From Eimeria praecox (Eukaryota), in NCBI GenBank assembly GCA_963920595.1, contig OY986948.1, forward strand, positions 1,984,001 through 2,048,000: a stretch of 64,000 nucleotides of DNA, read 5' to 3'. Both the position numbers and the translations under genes were made by a program. The notes beneath the pieces were generated by a model. That model saw nothing but the letters and a program-made list of their open reading frames with translations, did not search any database and was not told the DNA's origin. Positions 46,701 through 59,300 of this stretch are shown in pieces (within the stretch, counting starts at the first letter, position 1; every line of letters begins with the position of its first letter).

Positions 46701-48770
46701 TGGCTGTAGTGCTTGAAACAGCCCAGAGCTGCAATAAAGTGGGGGATTTGAAAAAAAGTATACCCCAAAAGCAGCGGCGTCCCACCCCCCTTCAGGCCTC
46801 TCCGCCTCGGCGGCCAGGGGGATCGGGCATGTGCGTGGACTTGGCCTGCCATGAGATGCAGTGAACCTTGCTCCCACTACTGATTCAAGGCCACATCACG
46901 TAAAAAGATCAAGCAGTTCCACTTTTGCTGCGTGCACTAACATTGTGCCCCATTGATAATCACTCACTTCTCCCTCTACCCCCATAAGTAGAAATACGAG
47001 TATTAACCTCACACAGACCATGTTACACCTGAATATTGGAGAGGAGGCCAGGGCGAACACTATTTCGCTTAATTTATATTTCTAGTAATGGGGTCAGTGC
47101 TAAGGTGAGGCACCACTCTACAGGAAAGAGCGCGCTCCAGCAGTAGCGTTGCCCTACTGCCACGAGGGACCATGCAAGTGGTAATCGCTGGGTAGCTCCC
47201 CAGGATTTGAATACTCAAAAGAACTGAAAAAGTCCCATTTGGCAACGAAGGGAAGAGCAGAAGACATCAATCACAGGGAAACCCGAACGAACAGCATGCT
47301 TTTGTTTGCCACTACTGGTGACGGATCCCGGAAAAGGAGAAAAGCTAAAATCTAAAGCCTCATACAGGAGAAACCACTTTGCAAAAAACTAGATGAAGGG
47401 TTTGAAATTGGCAGTTCTTACACTAAGTTCCCGCGCCGGGAGGTACAAACGTGCAGAAGGCTGCATAGGTGAACCTGCAGGGATTATCAAGGAATAAGGG
47501 ACCAGAAGCTCCAAAACGCATATCTACCCATACATTGTATTTATGAAGAGTCTCAAAAAAAATGCAAATAACTCGTAGCGGGGTGCATATATCTGCCGAG
47601 AACAGTCTATCCCGCAACCTCGTGGACCTCGAAGACAGCCGTGGACACTTAGGCTACGAAGATTTATTGTATAGGGCAGGCATCCTATATCCAATAAAAA
47701 ACAAAAAATTGTGGTGTAAGCGTGGATGCTATTAGGGCGCATGTAACTGATATTCTTCTCAATGTACGTAAACGCGCCATGCAAGCATCCAGCCCGAGCC
47801 ACAACTATCTGTGCCTTGTCGGCAGTTGACTCGTGACAACTCTCAACATAACGATTCGTTTATTTAAAACCTTCCATAAGTTTCTCATTCATTTGCAGCC
47901 TATCGTTTTCCAAGCCCAGTTCTAGGCTTACCGCCGTGCTGAGCACTACGGCTCAACGGCGACTCCACAGCTTTCCTTTGCATCCTCATCCCATTCTCTT
48001 TCTCTCTCTCTCTGGGAGTACTTCAATTGTTAAGTTTTCCTTTCGAAACATCTTGGCTGTCCTGCAAGTCGTGTTTGCTGAAGACACAGTTGGGGAAGGC
48101 CGACAGGACAGCTGGTGCGAGTGCCTGGAGCAGAGTAGGCTGTTCAGGAACTTGGGATAAGCACACAAATCCCCCTGTCCCTAGGTGACCTTGCTCGAGT
48201 AAAGGCTAACGCCGATGCTCCGGAGACGTAGGCGGGGGTGAAATATGTCAGCTACCCCACAACTTGAAAGAACGGAGATCTTGGCCCCGTTGCAGAATCT
48301 CGTTATACTGTTGGTTGTTAGTCCGGCCCAGCTTTTGGTTTCTAAGCACAGTTAAATCTTTACTGCGGGAGCTTTTATTACACTCAGAAGTACGAACATA
48401 GGCCACGACGCAACGTTGACAGTATACCACCTCGCAAGGCCAAGCTTTTCGAGCCCCTGAGCATCCGATTCATTCCTTCTAGCTTGGAGGAAGCTGGAGT
48501 TGTTAGCGCTTGCCGGACCTCCTTGCTTTCAGGTAGATTCTGGGCGCTTAATTTGGTTCCCGTGGGCGTCTCTGACTAGGGAGGTGCTGGAAAGGACGTA
48601 CATTAGCAACCGCCGCCTTCACGTGGCCCAAGCACGCATGCCAGGCCTACACATTGCAGCAGCGCCGAACCCTTCCCCCAGCGCACCGCATACATTCCTG
48701 TATCTGCACAAGCTTGCAAGGAGAGAGCATTCACTGGTGATCCGTTAGGGCGGCACGTTACTTTCCCTTT

Positions 48771-51700
48771 ATGCATCCAACAGAGTCCGTTTTTGCAATC
48801 GGGGGAGAGGATGAGTCGGAACCGGAAGAAGACCTCCTGGCTGAAGGAGCCCGGAGGCTGGGCGCCCTCGCTGCTGGCGTCTCGCCGACAGTAGGGACCT
48901 CTACGAGTAAAGAGGAAACCACGAGTTCAGAAGCAGCGAAAACAATTCCGTCGGCTGCCGCCACTCCTACTTCGCCTGCTCTTGTTCCTGAATCTGCTAC
49001 TCCACCTGCAGCAGGGTCCCTCCCGTCAACTCAGGGGTCTAAATACTTTTTAGAATCTCATCGCTGCGGCGTAGGCAGCATCGGTCAAGGCGCGCCTAAC
49101 CCTGGCATCACAGGTGCAGGAGAAGAACAACAGTGTGCGGCAGAGCGAGCCAGCAACAGCAACAGCAAGACCAGCGTTCGACACCACACTTCGGCGCTCG
49201 ATGACAACACATCCGTGTACAGACCAGAGGTAGACGGCCCCCCCATTGTTGGGTACGACATAGCCCTTGTTGCTCCCTAAGCATTAACCGTTGGATGCAT
49301 GTACGGGGGGAATTTCTGTTGGCAAGACTTGGCGTGTTTTTCTACGCAGCATCTATGTAGTGGTGCAGTCAGCGCTGCGAAGGCCTGAAGTATTGTTTCA
49401 TCATCAAAGATCAACCTGTGAATGCATACCTCTGCATCCACTCGACCTGTCGCGGTGTGCTGAGGTAAGGTTGTGTGTCTATCCTTATTCCCCTTTTATT
49501 TGAGTGATTTTCATCCTGGCTTCCCATATTTCATGTCTATTTGCGCAAAATCATTTGCTCGTTAAGCCACAATTAGCAGCCAGGCAGAAGGTTTCTCAGA
49601 ACGAGGGTTCCGTACGCGATAAGAGAGATGGGCGGGCCTTGGGGATCAGAAGTCGGTGTATCTATGCCCATGTGCTAGTTCATTGCTTGTTCGACTGCGC
49701 GACGTTCCTTGTGTATAATTTGCGCTGCGGTTGCAGCGCTCGTTGTGGAGAGGGCAGTCCGAGGCTGGCGGGTCAGGGGCCTTTTCGTGGGGTGGAGAGC
49801 CCGGCGAGACAACTTTGCTGCAATGGGTGGAAAAGTTTGCCCTCCCTGAGATGGCCCCAACAAGGGGCCACCTCCAGATGACCCCTGCAGGTTCAGGGTC
49901 GCGTGACTGGGAAAACGAGCTCCCTACTGACCAGCGGCACTCATCACACATATTCTTCACCGTGCCGGTAGCCAAGAGCAACGGCTACGTCTTCGGCGTT
50001 TCGTGCTACTCGGTACAAAACGAGCGTTTGGTAGGAACGACTTCACAAGGGGCCCCGACTCCACATGCCTGAGATTGTGTAGTGGGGCCTGTGCAGTCTG
50101 AGCGTCGTAGGAACAGGTGTATCTCCGCCTGGATAGTGCCTCATGCACATCCCAGTGCCTGATGTATAACGTCAGGCACACTGGAGGCCGGGGTGACCTC
50201 GTCTGTTCTGCAGTCTGCAGTATGCTGTGTGAAGCCATACGTAGGGATAAGGCGGGAGTGTGCATCTGGGCGCATGCGTGCAAATGTGCTTGCAGTGGGA
50301 CTCATCTGCACCTGACGATGCCCAGGGAATGTGCGCCGTTTGCTTGGTGGCTCGTGTCCCGTTTTGGGGCCTTTTGCTGTTTCGTCTACTTCCTGTCACC
50401 GCGGCCTTCTTCGAACTCATGGAAGGAGCTATGTCGGGTTCCCCGGGGCGCCTTTCGTCCTCAGGGTTGCCTACTCAGGTCCTCGTTCAGCTGTACGACC
50501 AGCTGAACACTGTCAACTTTCACCTCATGAGATACACGGAGATCACTTTCAACCTTGAGGCCGGCTTGCCACCCTTTATCATGGCCGTCACTCCACGTAC
50601 GACTGACCACATTATTCAGCTTCTCATTACAACTATAGACTGGCAGACAACATGCCTGGCTGCCTTATAAGGTAGAAAAATGAAACGGTCGGCTCAGTGT
50701 ATTTCGGCGTGTGGCGGGAACTCAGGGCAGCTTCTGGTTCTTGTCAAGGCCCTGCTGCTCGAGAAAAAAATTCTGTTTTATTCGTGCGACGCGTCACGGG
50801 CCTCCACAGCTGTCCTCTCGTTTATCTCTCTACTTCCAGGTACTCTATCTTACCCCCGAAAGAGTTAGTATCGTTCCCTTTTCCGCCTCGCCATCCTTGA
50901 GTTGGCGTGGAGGAGAGACAGAGAGGTCCTTTTATAGGTCTTAGCCGGGGGAGCGACTCAATGTGGGTGGCTTCCGGCTGCTGTCCCTGGAAGGCCTGCC
51001 ACTGTGCCCACATTCAACCTTTAGCCGTAGCTAAAGGTTGAATGTGGGCACAGTGGCAGCACATGATGCTTGTAGGCCTGGTAGAAGATCAAGTTCCCCG
51101 GGTTGAAATACTCGATTGCCTCTCTTGTGGGCGCTGTCGCTGCAGCGGGGTTGGCCTGCGGTTTTTCGAGCGACGGCTTCGGCGAGCACGAGTACCGATG
51201 GAAACGCCACGGGCTGCCATTTAGAGTGTTTGAGGCGCGTTCTGCTTTCTTCCCTATCCTGCCTCTGGAACTCGTTGATGATCTGCTGCTGCAGAAGCGG
51301 GCGTTCCTCATTTCTTCGAACAACCCGACGCTCCTGACTCACCCAGTGGCGAAGCCAGACGTTGTAGGCAAGTTTACACAGATTTTGTGTGCTCTACTTT
51401 AGTATCATGGATCATCATGCAGCCCTTACCGCAACTGCGTTCTTAGCGTCCAAAGAGAACGGCGGCCAGCAGTTAGAGCAAGCTTGGGATTTGCTTTTAC
51501 TACTGTTCAGTGGACGTTGACGCGATAACTGTTGAGGTGAAAAATACGTCGCTGGAGCCGCTTCTGCGCCTGACGGCCTGGGAGCAGCAGTTCGCAAGGC
51601 GCATTGTCATGGAAACATCCTTCTCGAGTGGAGCCACGGAAGGAGAAAGCCCTGGCTATGGATGCAGCGCCAGCATTTCAAGGCATGCGACAGACCTGCT

Positions 51701-54700
51701 GCAACAAACAATCTCGTCGCTTGCTAGCCACGCAGCAGCACACGGCCTTCACTTTCTCAGGTCAAAGGAAGATGGTGCGTCCCTTTCAGAACTCAAAATA
51801 CTGTGGGTGTGAGTGCACAGCATGGACCTTGGGTTTGGCTTATTCAGAAACTCTTGAATTCCCTTCTGGCTTGGTCTGTTCCCCCAGGAGCAACTTCTGA
51901 AATGCGCGGCTTCCACTCTTCCTCGACAGATCCTCTGGTTGCGGATTCGCAGCGGCACAGGCGAAGGGCTGCCTCAGCCATGTCTCCGAGAGACAACCGC
52001 CGCCGCAGCAACAGCAGCAGCAGCTTGAGAGGAGGAAGGCAGACTGTCCGCATGGGAGGTGCAAAGCACCAGGCAACAGAAGAGCGAAAACGAGATGATG
52101 ATAGCAGTACGTTGTTGGGTCAGAGTAGCACATCATCTCGGGAATTACGGGTAACAATGCGTGAAGGTGGCACAGCCCTGACGGGAAACCCGTGCGGTGT
52201 GGCCACCGATCCAAAGCGGCAACTGAAACAACAGCAGCAGCATCACAGCACACCTGAGGATGTTTTGGCCAGCAGTTACCCTTCGACAAGTGGTGGAGGG
52301 GGGTGGCTGAGTGAGCGGATTCGGCGGGCGTGGGAGCGGCAAGCCGAGCGCCATATGCACACCACTGCTGCAGCGTCCATCGGCAAGAAGTCAAGGAACC
52401 CTTCAGCTGCTGAGGGGTTCCACGAGGAAGCCGCGCCTCCCTCATTCGCCGGTGGTGCTGGTGTGGTGTTTGTGGAGTGGCCTTCAGGGCAGAGGGCCCT
52501 ACCAGGCACAGCCCGTTTCCAGACGGACAGCAGGAGCAGCAGCGACGCTACCAGGCCCTCGTCTGTTCTCGATCCGAATTGGGAGGCCCACGCCGACTTA
52601 ATACGTGCAGCATTTGCTCAGCACCTCGAGCAACTATGCAGGTACACACCAGCATTTGCTGTTTTGGCAAAAAGCTACGCGGAATGTCTAAGTGGATTTG
52701 CACGTTTACCGCTTTCGCATGCTGCGCGGTTCCCCAGGGGTGCGCAAAGCGCTTCTCGACGGTTGCTTCTGCTTCTACGCAGGAAAGCGGCAATCGCGGC
52801 TGGTCGGGAGCGCTCGAGATACTTGCTGCTGCAGCAGCTCTCTCCCACAGCTTCTGACGACGGTGAAGACCTCAGTGCATTTGGCGTTGAGTGGGTCAGA
52901 GGATGGTCAGAGACTCACAACTTCCAAGTAACCGGCTCTTTTTGCGCATCAGCTATTCAGATTTAGTAACTCGATCACGGTGGGCAGGCGCAGTTTCCCC
53001 AGTAGTTCACTTGAGATTCCTCAGGGTACACCGAGTTGTGATAATGAGCCGCAGGCGTGGCTACTTGAGCATCGGCTGCCAAACGAAGGAGCCCCTTCGG
53101 CCAAGCACGAGACTCTGCAGCCCCCACCCGCCAGTGGCTATGCCAAGTATCTGTACAGCAATGGAGATTGCTACGAGGGCCAGTTCTGGGCATCACAGAG
53201 GCATGGGGATGGCGTGTATTGCTCTGCCGACGGCATGAGGTAATACCGTGCTTCATGCTTTTGTGATAGTTCCTGCACATGCTTTATACGCTCCCCTATG
53301 TGCAGTTGCTTGTACTGGAATGCTGTGGTGTGCTTCAATGGCAGATACGACGGCTCATGGGTCAGCGATGAGCGACATGGCCATGGGGTGCTCGCCCACG
53401 AGTCCGTAGGGTACCTTTACGTGGGGCAGTGGCAACACAACAAGAAGAGCGGGGAGGGTCATCTGTACTCCCGCAAAGAGCGCTACTGGGGACAGTTCTT
53501 TGACAATAAGTACCACGGACGGGTGAGGGGCTCAGGCAGTTCAAATGACTGAACATCCCACGGGTTACATTGATTAGGCACTTCGCTAGAAGCCGGAAGG
53601 CTGAACAGCTGGTTTGAAGTTTTCAGGCGGCTGCTTCAAGGACGAATAAACGGGCAGTGCCAGCACCGTCCGGGGCCGTTTTTTGGTGCTGTACATTGTG
53701 CAAACCAGGGGCGATATGTTCAACGCGAAGGTCTCGAGTATGAAGGAGAGTTTGCAAAGGGCCGCTTTGAAGGTCTAGGTAAACTATCGATATCGCGGGA
53801 TGAGGGAAAGCAGAATTTTGGGGAGTGTCGAAAGGGCGTCGTTATAAGGGGTAGCTTCGAGGGAGGAAAAGTGACTGGCGTCGTCAATGCGGTATACGCT
53901 GATGGAAGAACCTACACAGGAGAGCTTTCAGTAGGTTACCTTCTTTCATGAAGCCGCTGGACCTTTGAACCACAGTTCATCGTAGTTGTTTACTTCGGGC
54001 CTCATCTTCATTCACTCCTGTTTCCTCTCATCTGGCATAGGAATACGATCTGCGTAGATTTTCGCCACCTGGTCACTTATTCACTCTTAAATCCTCACAC
54101 TCTGAAGGGAAGGGCTCCCCGATATCTTGTTGATGCCAATGTCTTTAGCGGCGTGCATTCTTGCGTTCCTCTCAGCCTGAAACTCTTCTGCCAGAAGGAA
54201 CTGGGAGCATGTTGTACAGAGATTCTTGTTTATATGAAGGCCGGTGGCGAAATGGTATGCGGCACGGAGGTGGAGTGTTGACCATCCCTGTGGGAGTTCT
54301 GCGGGGGACGAGCGTGAGTAAAGGCGGACAGGAGGAGGGGATGGTCACCGTCGATGGGCAGTGGATAGATGACATGCCAGACCATCACGCAGAATGGGGC
54401 GTCACCTTTCCGACCGGGGACAAGTACTTAGGCTGTTTAAAGTTTCCCTCCACCGACAGCAGTACGGGTGCAGACGCTGGCAGAGACATGGACGTGGGTC
54501 AGAGAGAATCATTGGCGAAGATTGTACCTCATGGGTGGGGACTAAGCAAACGAAAGGACACCGGAGAGATATACGAAGGACAGTGGATAAGCGGCATGCG
54601 TCACGGGAACGGAGTAAGGCAGCCATTTCTACTGGGGAGGTTTTCATCACAGTAATACATGGTAGAGAAAAGCACTACGGCTTGCATTGTAGCATGTCTG

Positions 54701-55216
54701 CGTGTTGCTGCACGCCTTTGTCAGTCAGTTTTCCTTTGCAGCCGGATGACATGTCTTGGGCATTAATACATCGAATGCACCCCAGAGGGGCAACAAGAGG
54801 GGCGTGCCATGCCTTGCGTAGGATTTCAGGATTTGTGCAAACCTAAGAGTTAGAAATTTGCTCCCTATTTCCGCTTCTTCACGGCCTCACTGTGCCTGTT
54901 CGTGCAGGAGTGCATTACGAGGAGTGGCACAAGACACTCGGGTGAATGGCGATTTGGGCATCCTCACGGAGAAGGCCGTCATTTCGACCCGTCAGGCTGC
55001 ACTCAGTACGGAAAGTTCGTGGGCAAAAACAGTCCAAGCTCTGTGAAAAATGAGGAAGCATGCGAAGAGCCGCCTGCGGGAGTCCCTGTGCTTGTATTTG
55101 ACGCATTTGAGACGTTTCCACTCGCGAACTGCCCCCTACTTCAGCCACGTAGCTCGGCGCGCACTACTCCTTGCACTGTTTCACCTCCTAAGAGCCCTAG
55201 GAATTACGGCTGTTGA
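48771..55216 (+). CDS. AVL9-like DENN-domain protein with C-terminal MORN repeats, multi-exon
   Basis: AVL9-type blocks: FALPE, HIFFTV..VFGVSCY, AVCLVARVPFWGLL.FRL.PVTAAFF, LLVLVKALLLEKKILFY, FISLLPG, HGLPFRVF, NWEAHADLIRAAFAQHL, FGVEWVRGWSETHNF. MORN repeats follow: YSNGDCYEGQFWASQRHGDG, YDGSWVSDERHGHG, YVGQWQHNKKSGEG, YEGEFAKGRFEGLG, YEGRWRNGMRHGGG, YEGQWISGMRHGNG, HSGEWRFGHPHGEG. Confidence 0.85.
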
Positions 55217-55719
55217 CAAATATATGGGTTTAGTACTAAAAGGACCTGCAAGAGACAACTATTTACGACGCCCACAGCCTTTGTGGGCAACTGAACCGAA
55301 CTGAACCGAACATAAAAACGTAGTTTGTGCTGCTGTATAAAGCAAACACGACTGTGCACACGGAGAACTGCGTTGCTTGGGCCGTCGATATTGCACTGCG
55401 TATTGAGGGCCGGAAGGGAGGGAAGAAGCATGCAGCACTTTGCAGTAGGCAACCACACGTGTAAAGCCACCTTTAAAGGAAGACTAGCTTGCCACCGTTT
55501 GCACTAGATGATACGTATCCTAGTACTGACTGCAAGCCAAACATCTGCTCGATGCAATTCACATTTCTTGAGGCATGTGAACTTTTCAACCCTAACTCTT
55601 CTTCCGGCTGCCTACTTCACTCTGTGGTGCATAGAGCGCCAGATAAGTGACGCAGTTAAAGCTACGCTGTGAAAGATGGTCAACTATTAGCAAACAGGGG
55701 GGTCCTACGCGAACCCCAC

Positions 55720-58700
55720 TTAATATTCCTCAAAAGCTGCCACAAGGGGATCTATTTCTTCCTTTTTCTCTCGTGAAAATTGGATCACCGAACCCGAGCC
55801 TCTTTTGTAACGGTTTTCCCACCACGTCTGGAACGTCCTGGTGTCAAGGAAGTAGTACATAAGGTTGGCGAGGATATCGAGCTCTTCACATCTGTGTTCA
55901 CAGCAAAAACGCAATGTGCTCAGCATTTGGGCAAACAGCAAAGCCATCCCCGGAAGCGCCGGGAAATCTGAGTTCGCCTGCTTACCTCAGGTTTGTCGGC
56001 AACCGGAGAGTCGTGCGAATGTGAGCCAAGAAATGACGGTACCGCCGCTGCAGGAATTTCGCATGCGGCAGTCCAGCACAGTTTAGAGTTGGCATAGAGA
56101 AGAGACGCCTTTTCGTCTTTAGTTGATTCACTAGGACCTACCTGCATTTTAGTTCGGCTTGATGTTTCGCCTGCGGTTTCAGCAAGCTGCTCAAAGAAGC
56201 TTCCGCCAATTTTGACCGTCTCTTCAAGTTGTTGGCTTGTCAAACCGTGTTCAGCGGATTTCCTATAACTCACAAATGCGCATGTAAAGGTGTACCAATG
56301 AGTGGAGCGCTGTATTTTACTGCAAAACGTCCCAGAAGGAAGACTCCGTTAAAAATCCCCCCCCCCCTCCCCATCAGCATTGTGCTTTACCTTCTGAAGA
56401 TGTCGCCAACATCTGGTTCATCCTTCTTCTCCTTTTGTACACTCTTTTCCTTCAGCCTGAAGTCTCAGAACAGGATACAGATGCTCTAGTGGGCTGAACC
56501 GCAAGCCTGCCGATGGCATTTGCATAGGGGCGGCTTAATACGGGCACATACGTACTTTCCTAGCATTAGCAGTATTACTCTGAGCCTGGACAGTGCCCTG
56601 TTAAGCTTTTCCAAAGGAAACGAGTAGGACTGGGCTACTTTGGAAAGCCTTTTGGAATCCCCTGTGGAATGCAAACATTGCCACTCACACGAAGCCGCGT
56701 GTCCGTTTGGAACTCCATCACCACCCCAAATCTGAACTAATTCTTCCCGCGTTGGAAGCTGCAACTACTAGTTCTGTTTATGGGTTGATCGCTAGAATGT
56801 TTGGGCTCTACGGACCTGACAATATTAGGTGGCATGCGTCTGAAACTGCTGCTTCTGACTTTGCCAATAAATGGCTCAGATAGCGGTCCATTATGCAGCC
56901 ACTGTAAGCAGCTCCTTTGTTGTCTCTGCCGTCTGCACCAAAATGAAATATAAATGGCTCATCCTGAGCTCCGAACTTCTTGCTGCACCCAACTCCGACA
57001 ATCTCGAGCACCTGCTCAGTTTAAGCTTACTTGGATGGCACAGCAGGAATATGACATCGCTGTCTTGGTCAAAAAGTTCCTCCTTGGAGATTCTGAAGGG
57101 GTAGTGCTCGATATACTCCATTACCTGCAAAGCTGACCTGTTCGGAAAGCGAAAAGACGACAGAAGGGCTGCCTGCAGGAACCTTTGCATATGGTGTGGA
57201 CTGAGCTCAATCAGCACGAGTTTCATTCAGAAGGGTTTGGCAGGTGCAATGCCCATGACTGCTTCAGCAAAGAACGGGAAGAAGCCTCACGTGCCGGAAA
57301 GGTCCAACAACCATGTTAAAAACGAATGTGAAGTAATATCTCCCCCAGAATTTGTGCATGCGATCTGAAATACGTCATACGAAACGTTCTTGAAACCTAC
57401 ATAGCAGCAGACGTATATAAGTTAAATGCCAAAAGTTAAATAGATACGGCGTCCGTCAAGCTTCGTGCAGTGCAGCTAGTTCATGTTCCCACATTTCCTG
57501 TGCTTCACAAGCCTTGGAAGCATTGGCTTGTGGAGTATCAAATGGCGTTAGCCAACGGCATACTTTGTTTTTCAAGGTAATCGAGCAGGAGAAATAGCGA
57601 AACTAGCCTGGAAACCAGTTTTGTATCCACCGCGAAGTTGATATATACCACGAACATGTCGCTTACCAAGTCCGATATGACCGGACTAACCATATCGCTC
57701 GCAGCTTTACACTGCATAGAGGCTGCAAAGCACGACAAACAAACTACGGACAGACCATTACCTGTTTTGCATTGGTGACTGCCAATATATAATAATTGCT
57801 AGAGAGCTGCATAATCTGACAGAGATGCAGCTCCCCTTGGACTTGATCGCGGACCACAATCTATCCATTCTCTGTGTAGAAGGTTCCACTTTCAGCTTAC
57901 GAAATATAGGATGGTCCGTAGGGTCCAGTTGGATCATATTTGCTTTTGAAACGTCCTTCTGTTCAGCGGGTGACGAAGCATCATGCTTGCCATCCCCACT
58001 TCCAGATTTAGCTCCACTGATGCTTTGTATAGAGTGGTCAGGCGCCTCGGGTGGGTGTGACAAAGTGTCTGTTGCAACGGACAGCATGCACTACCAAGCG
58101 AGGGAACGTGAATACACTGTGGAAGCCGGCGCCGCGCATGGGTATTGGCAGGGTCCGAAGCTAAGGTCTAAGGTCTAAGGTCCGAACCTTAGCGCCATCG
58201 ATGGCATATGCAGTGCGAGCGCTTTCGACCATTTACGCCTCCAGTTGTGGGCTCACCCTTTTTGTTGCTTAGTGAGGCGAGGGCCTGCTCATCGTCCAGA
58301 CTTGGCAAAACAAACCTGACTTTTGAGAAAAACCTGTTCATTGGTCTTATCGTTTCAAAAATGCCGTAGAAATAGGGGTCCGGAAGGCACCAACAGACTC
58401 TGTAGAAGACAATTTAATACATGCAATTACGACGGAAAGGCTCAACGAAGACAGAAAATGCGCGATAACCCTGATATACGTTTTATCTCACGTAGGCGCT
58501 ATTAAAAGCACGCATTTGACAATGGTCTGATAGGCAGTGCGAGGTTAAGCCATACTGTACCTTGAAAATTCGTTGTCAGGCCTGTAGCGGCGCAACGAGG
58601 GTTTGTGCGTTAACCTGCAGATCAACACAGTATTGCGCAAGTGTGCTAGAGTAACGCCGATTTTGCTTAATGAGCATGGTGCTCACATCTGCCCGATGCT

Positions 58701-59300
58701 TCACACACCTTGTAAATGTGTTGCGAATGACTGCCTCGTACATAGCAATGCAACGACGGTATCGGCCCTGATTTGCCAATAAGACGGCAAGCAGTTGCCC
58801 TGTAAAAGTAAAAGGACACTACTCGTGATGAGAATGTTTACTGCCCTGCTCAGTTAATACAATACGTAATTCCAAGTAGTGCTGCGAGCTAAGAAAGATG
58901 CAAGTGCACTGCTTTGGCCCCACAGGAACACAAAGGAACCTCATGGCTTACCTGTCGCTAGCGTTTCCAAGTGCTGCTTCCCGAGAATAATAGTCTGCCA
59001 CTGAACGAAACAGGCAATGCAGGAAAATGCATGGTAGTATCCTAGACGATGCAAAAGAAGTAATCGAGCTCTCCTACTGCGCTGGAGTCAGCTTGCCAAA
59101 GCTGGCAAAAAGGTAAAATCGGAACAAAGACGGCCAATGGGAAAAGTACCTGCAGAGTTTTGGTTGCAATTTCGACTCCCCTTTGCAAAATGGTGCCGCC
59201 GGCATCGCTTTTCCTGGATTCAATAAGTAGCAGCAACGACAATGAGAACTCTCTTGCCGCCGTCATTGTCAGCGCATGTCTGGTCCCCTTCACAAGCAAA
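55720..59300 (-). CDS. Probable multi-exon hypothetical protein with a kinesin-light-chain-like TPR segment; may extend upstream to about 63 kb
   Basis: Minus-strand open segments bounded by GT/AG, e.g. GTILQRGVEIATKTLQ|WQTIILGKQHLETLAT|GQLLAVLLANQGRYRRCIAMYEAVIR (resembles LG.EHP.TL....LA..L..QGRY). Further coding-like blocks lie at 58087-57762, 57720-57562, 57125-56891 and 56764-56556, with a terminal block ending …DPLVAAFEEY* at 55720. A full model could not be assembled. Confidence 0.5.

Noticed and set aside
58150..58195. (CTAAGGT)3 heptamer with a short inverted copy
   Set aside because: Single short occurrence, compatible with local slippage. There is no evidence of function.
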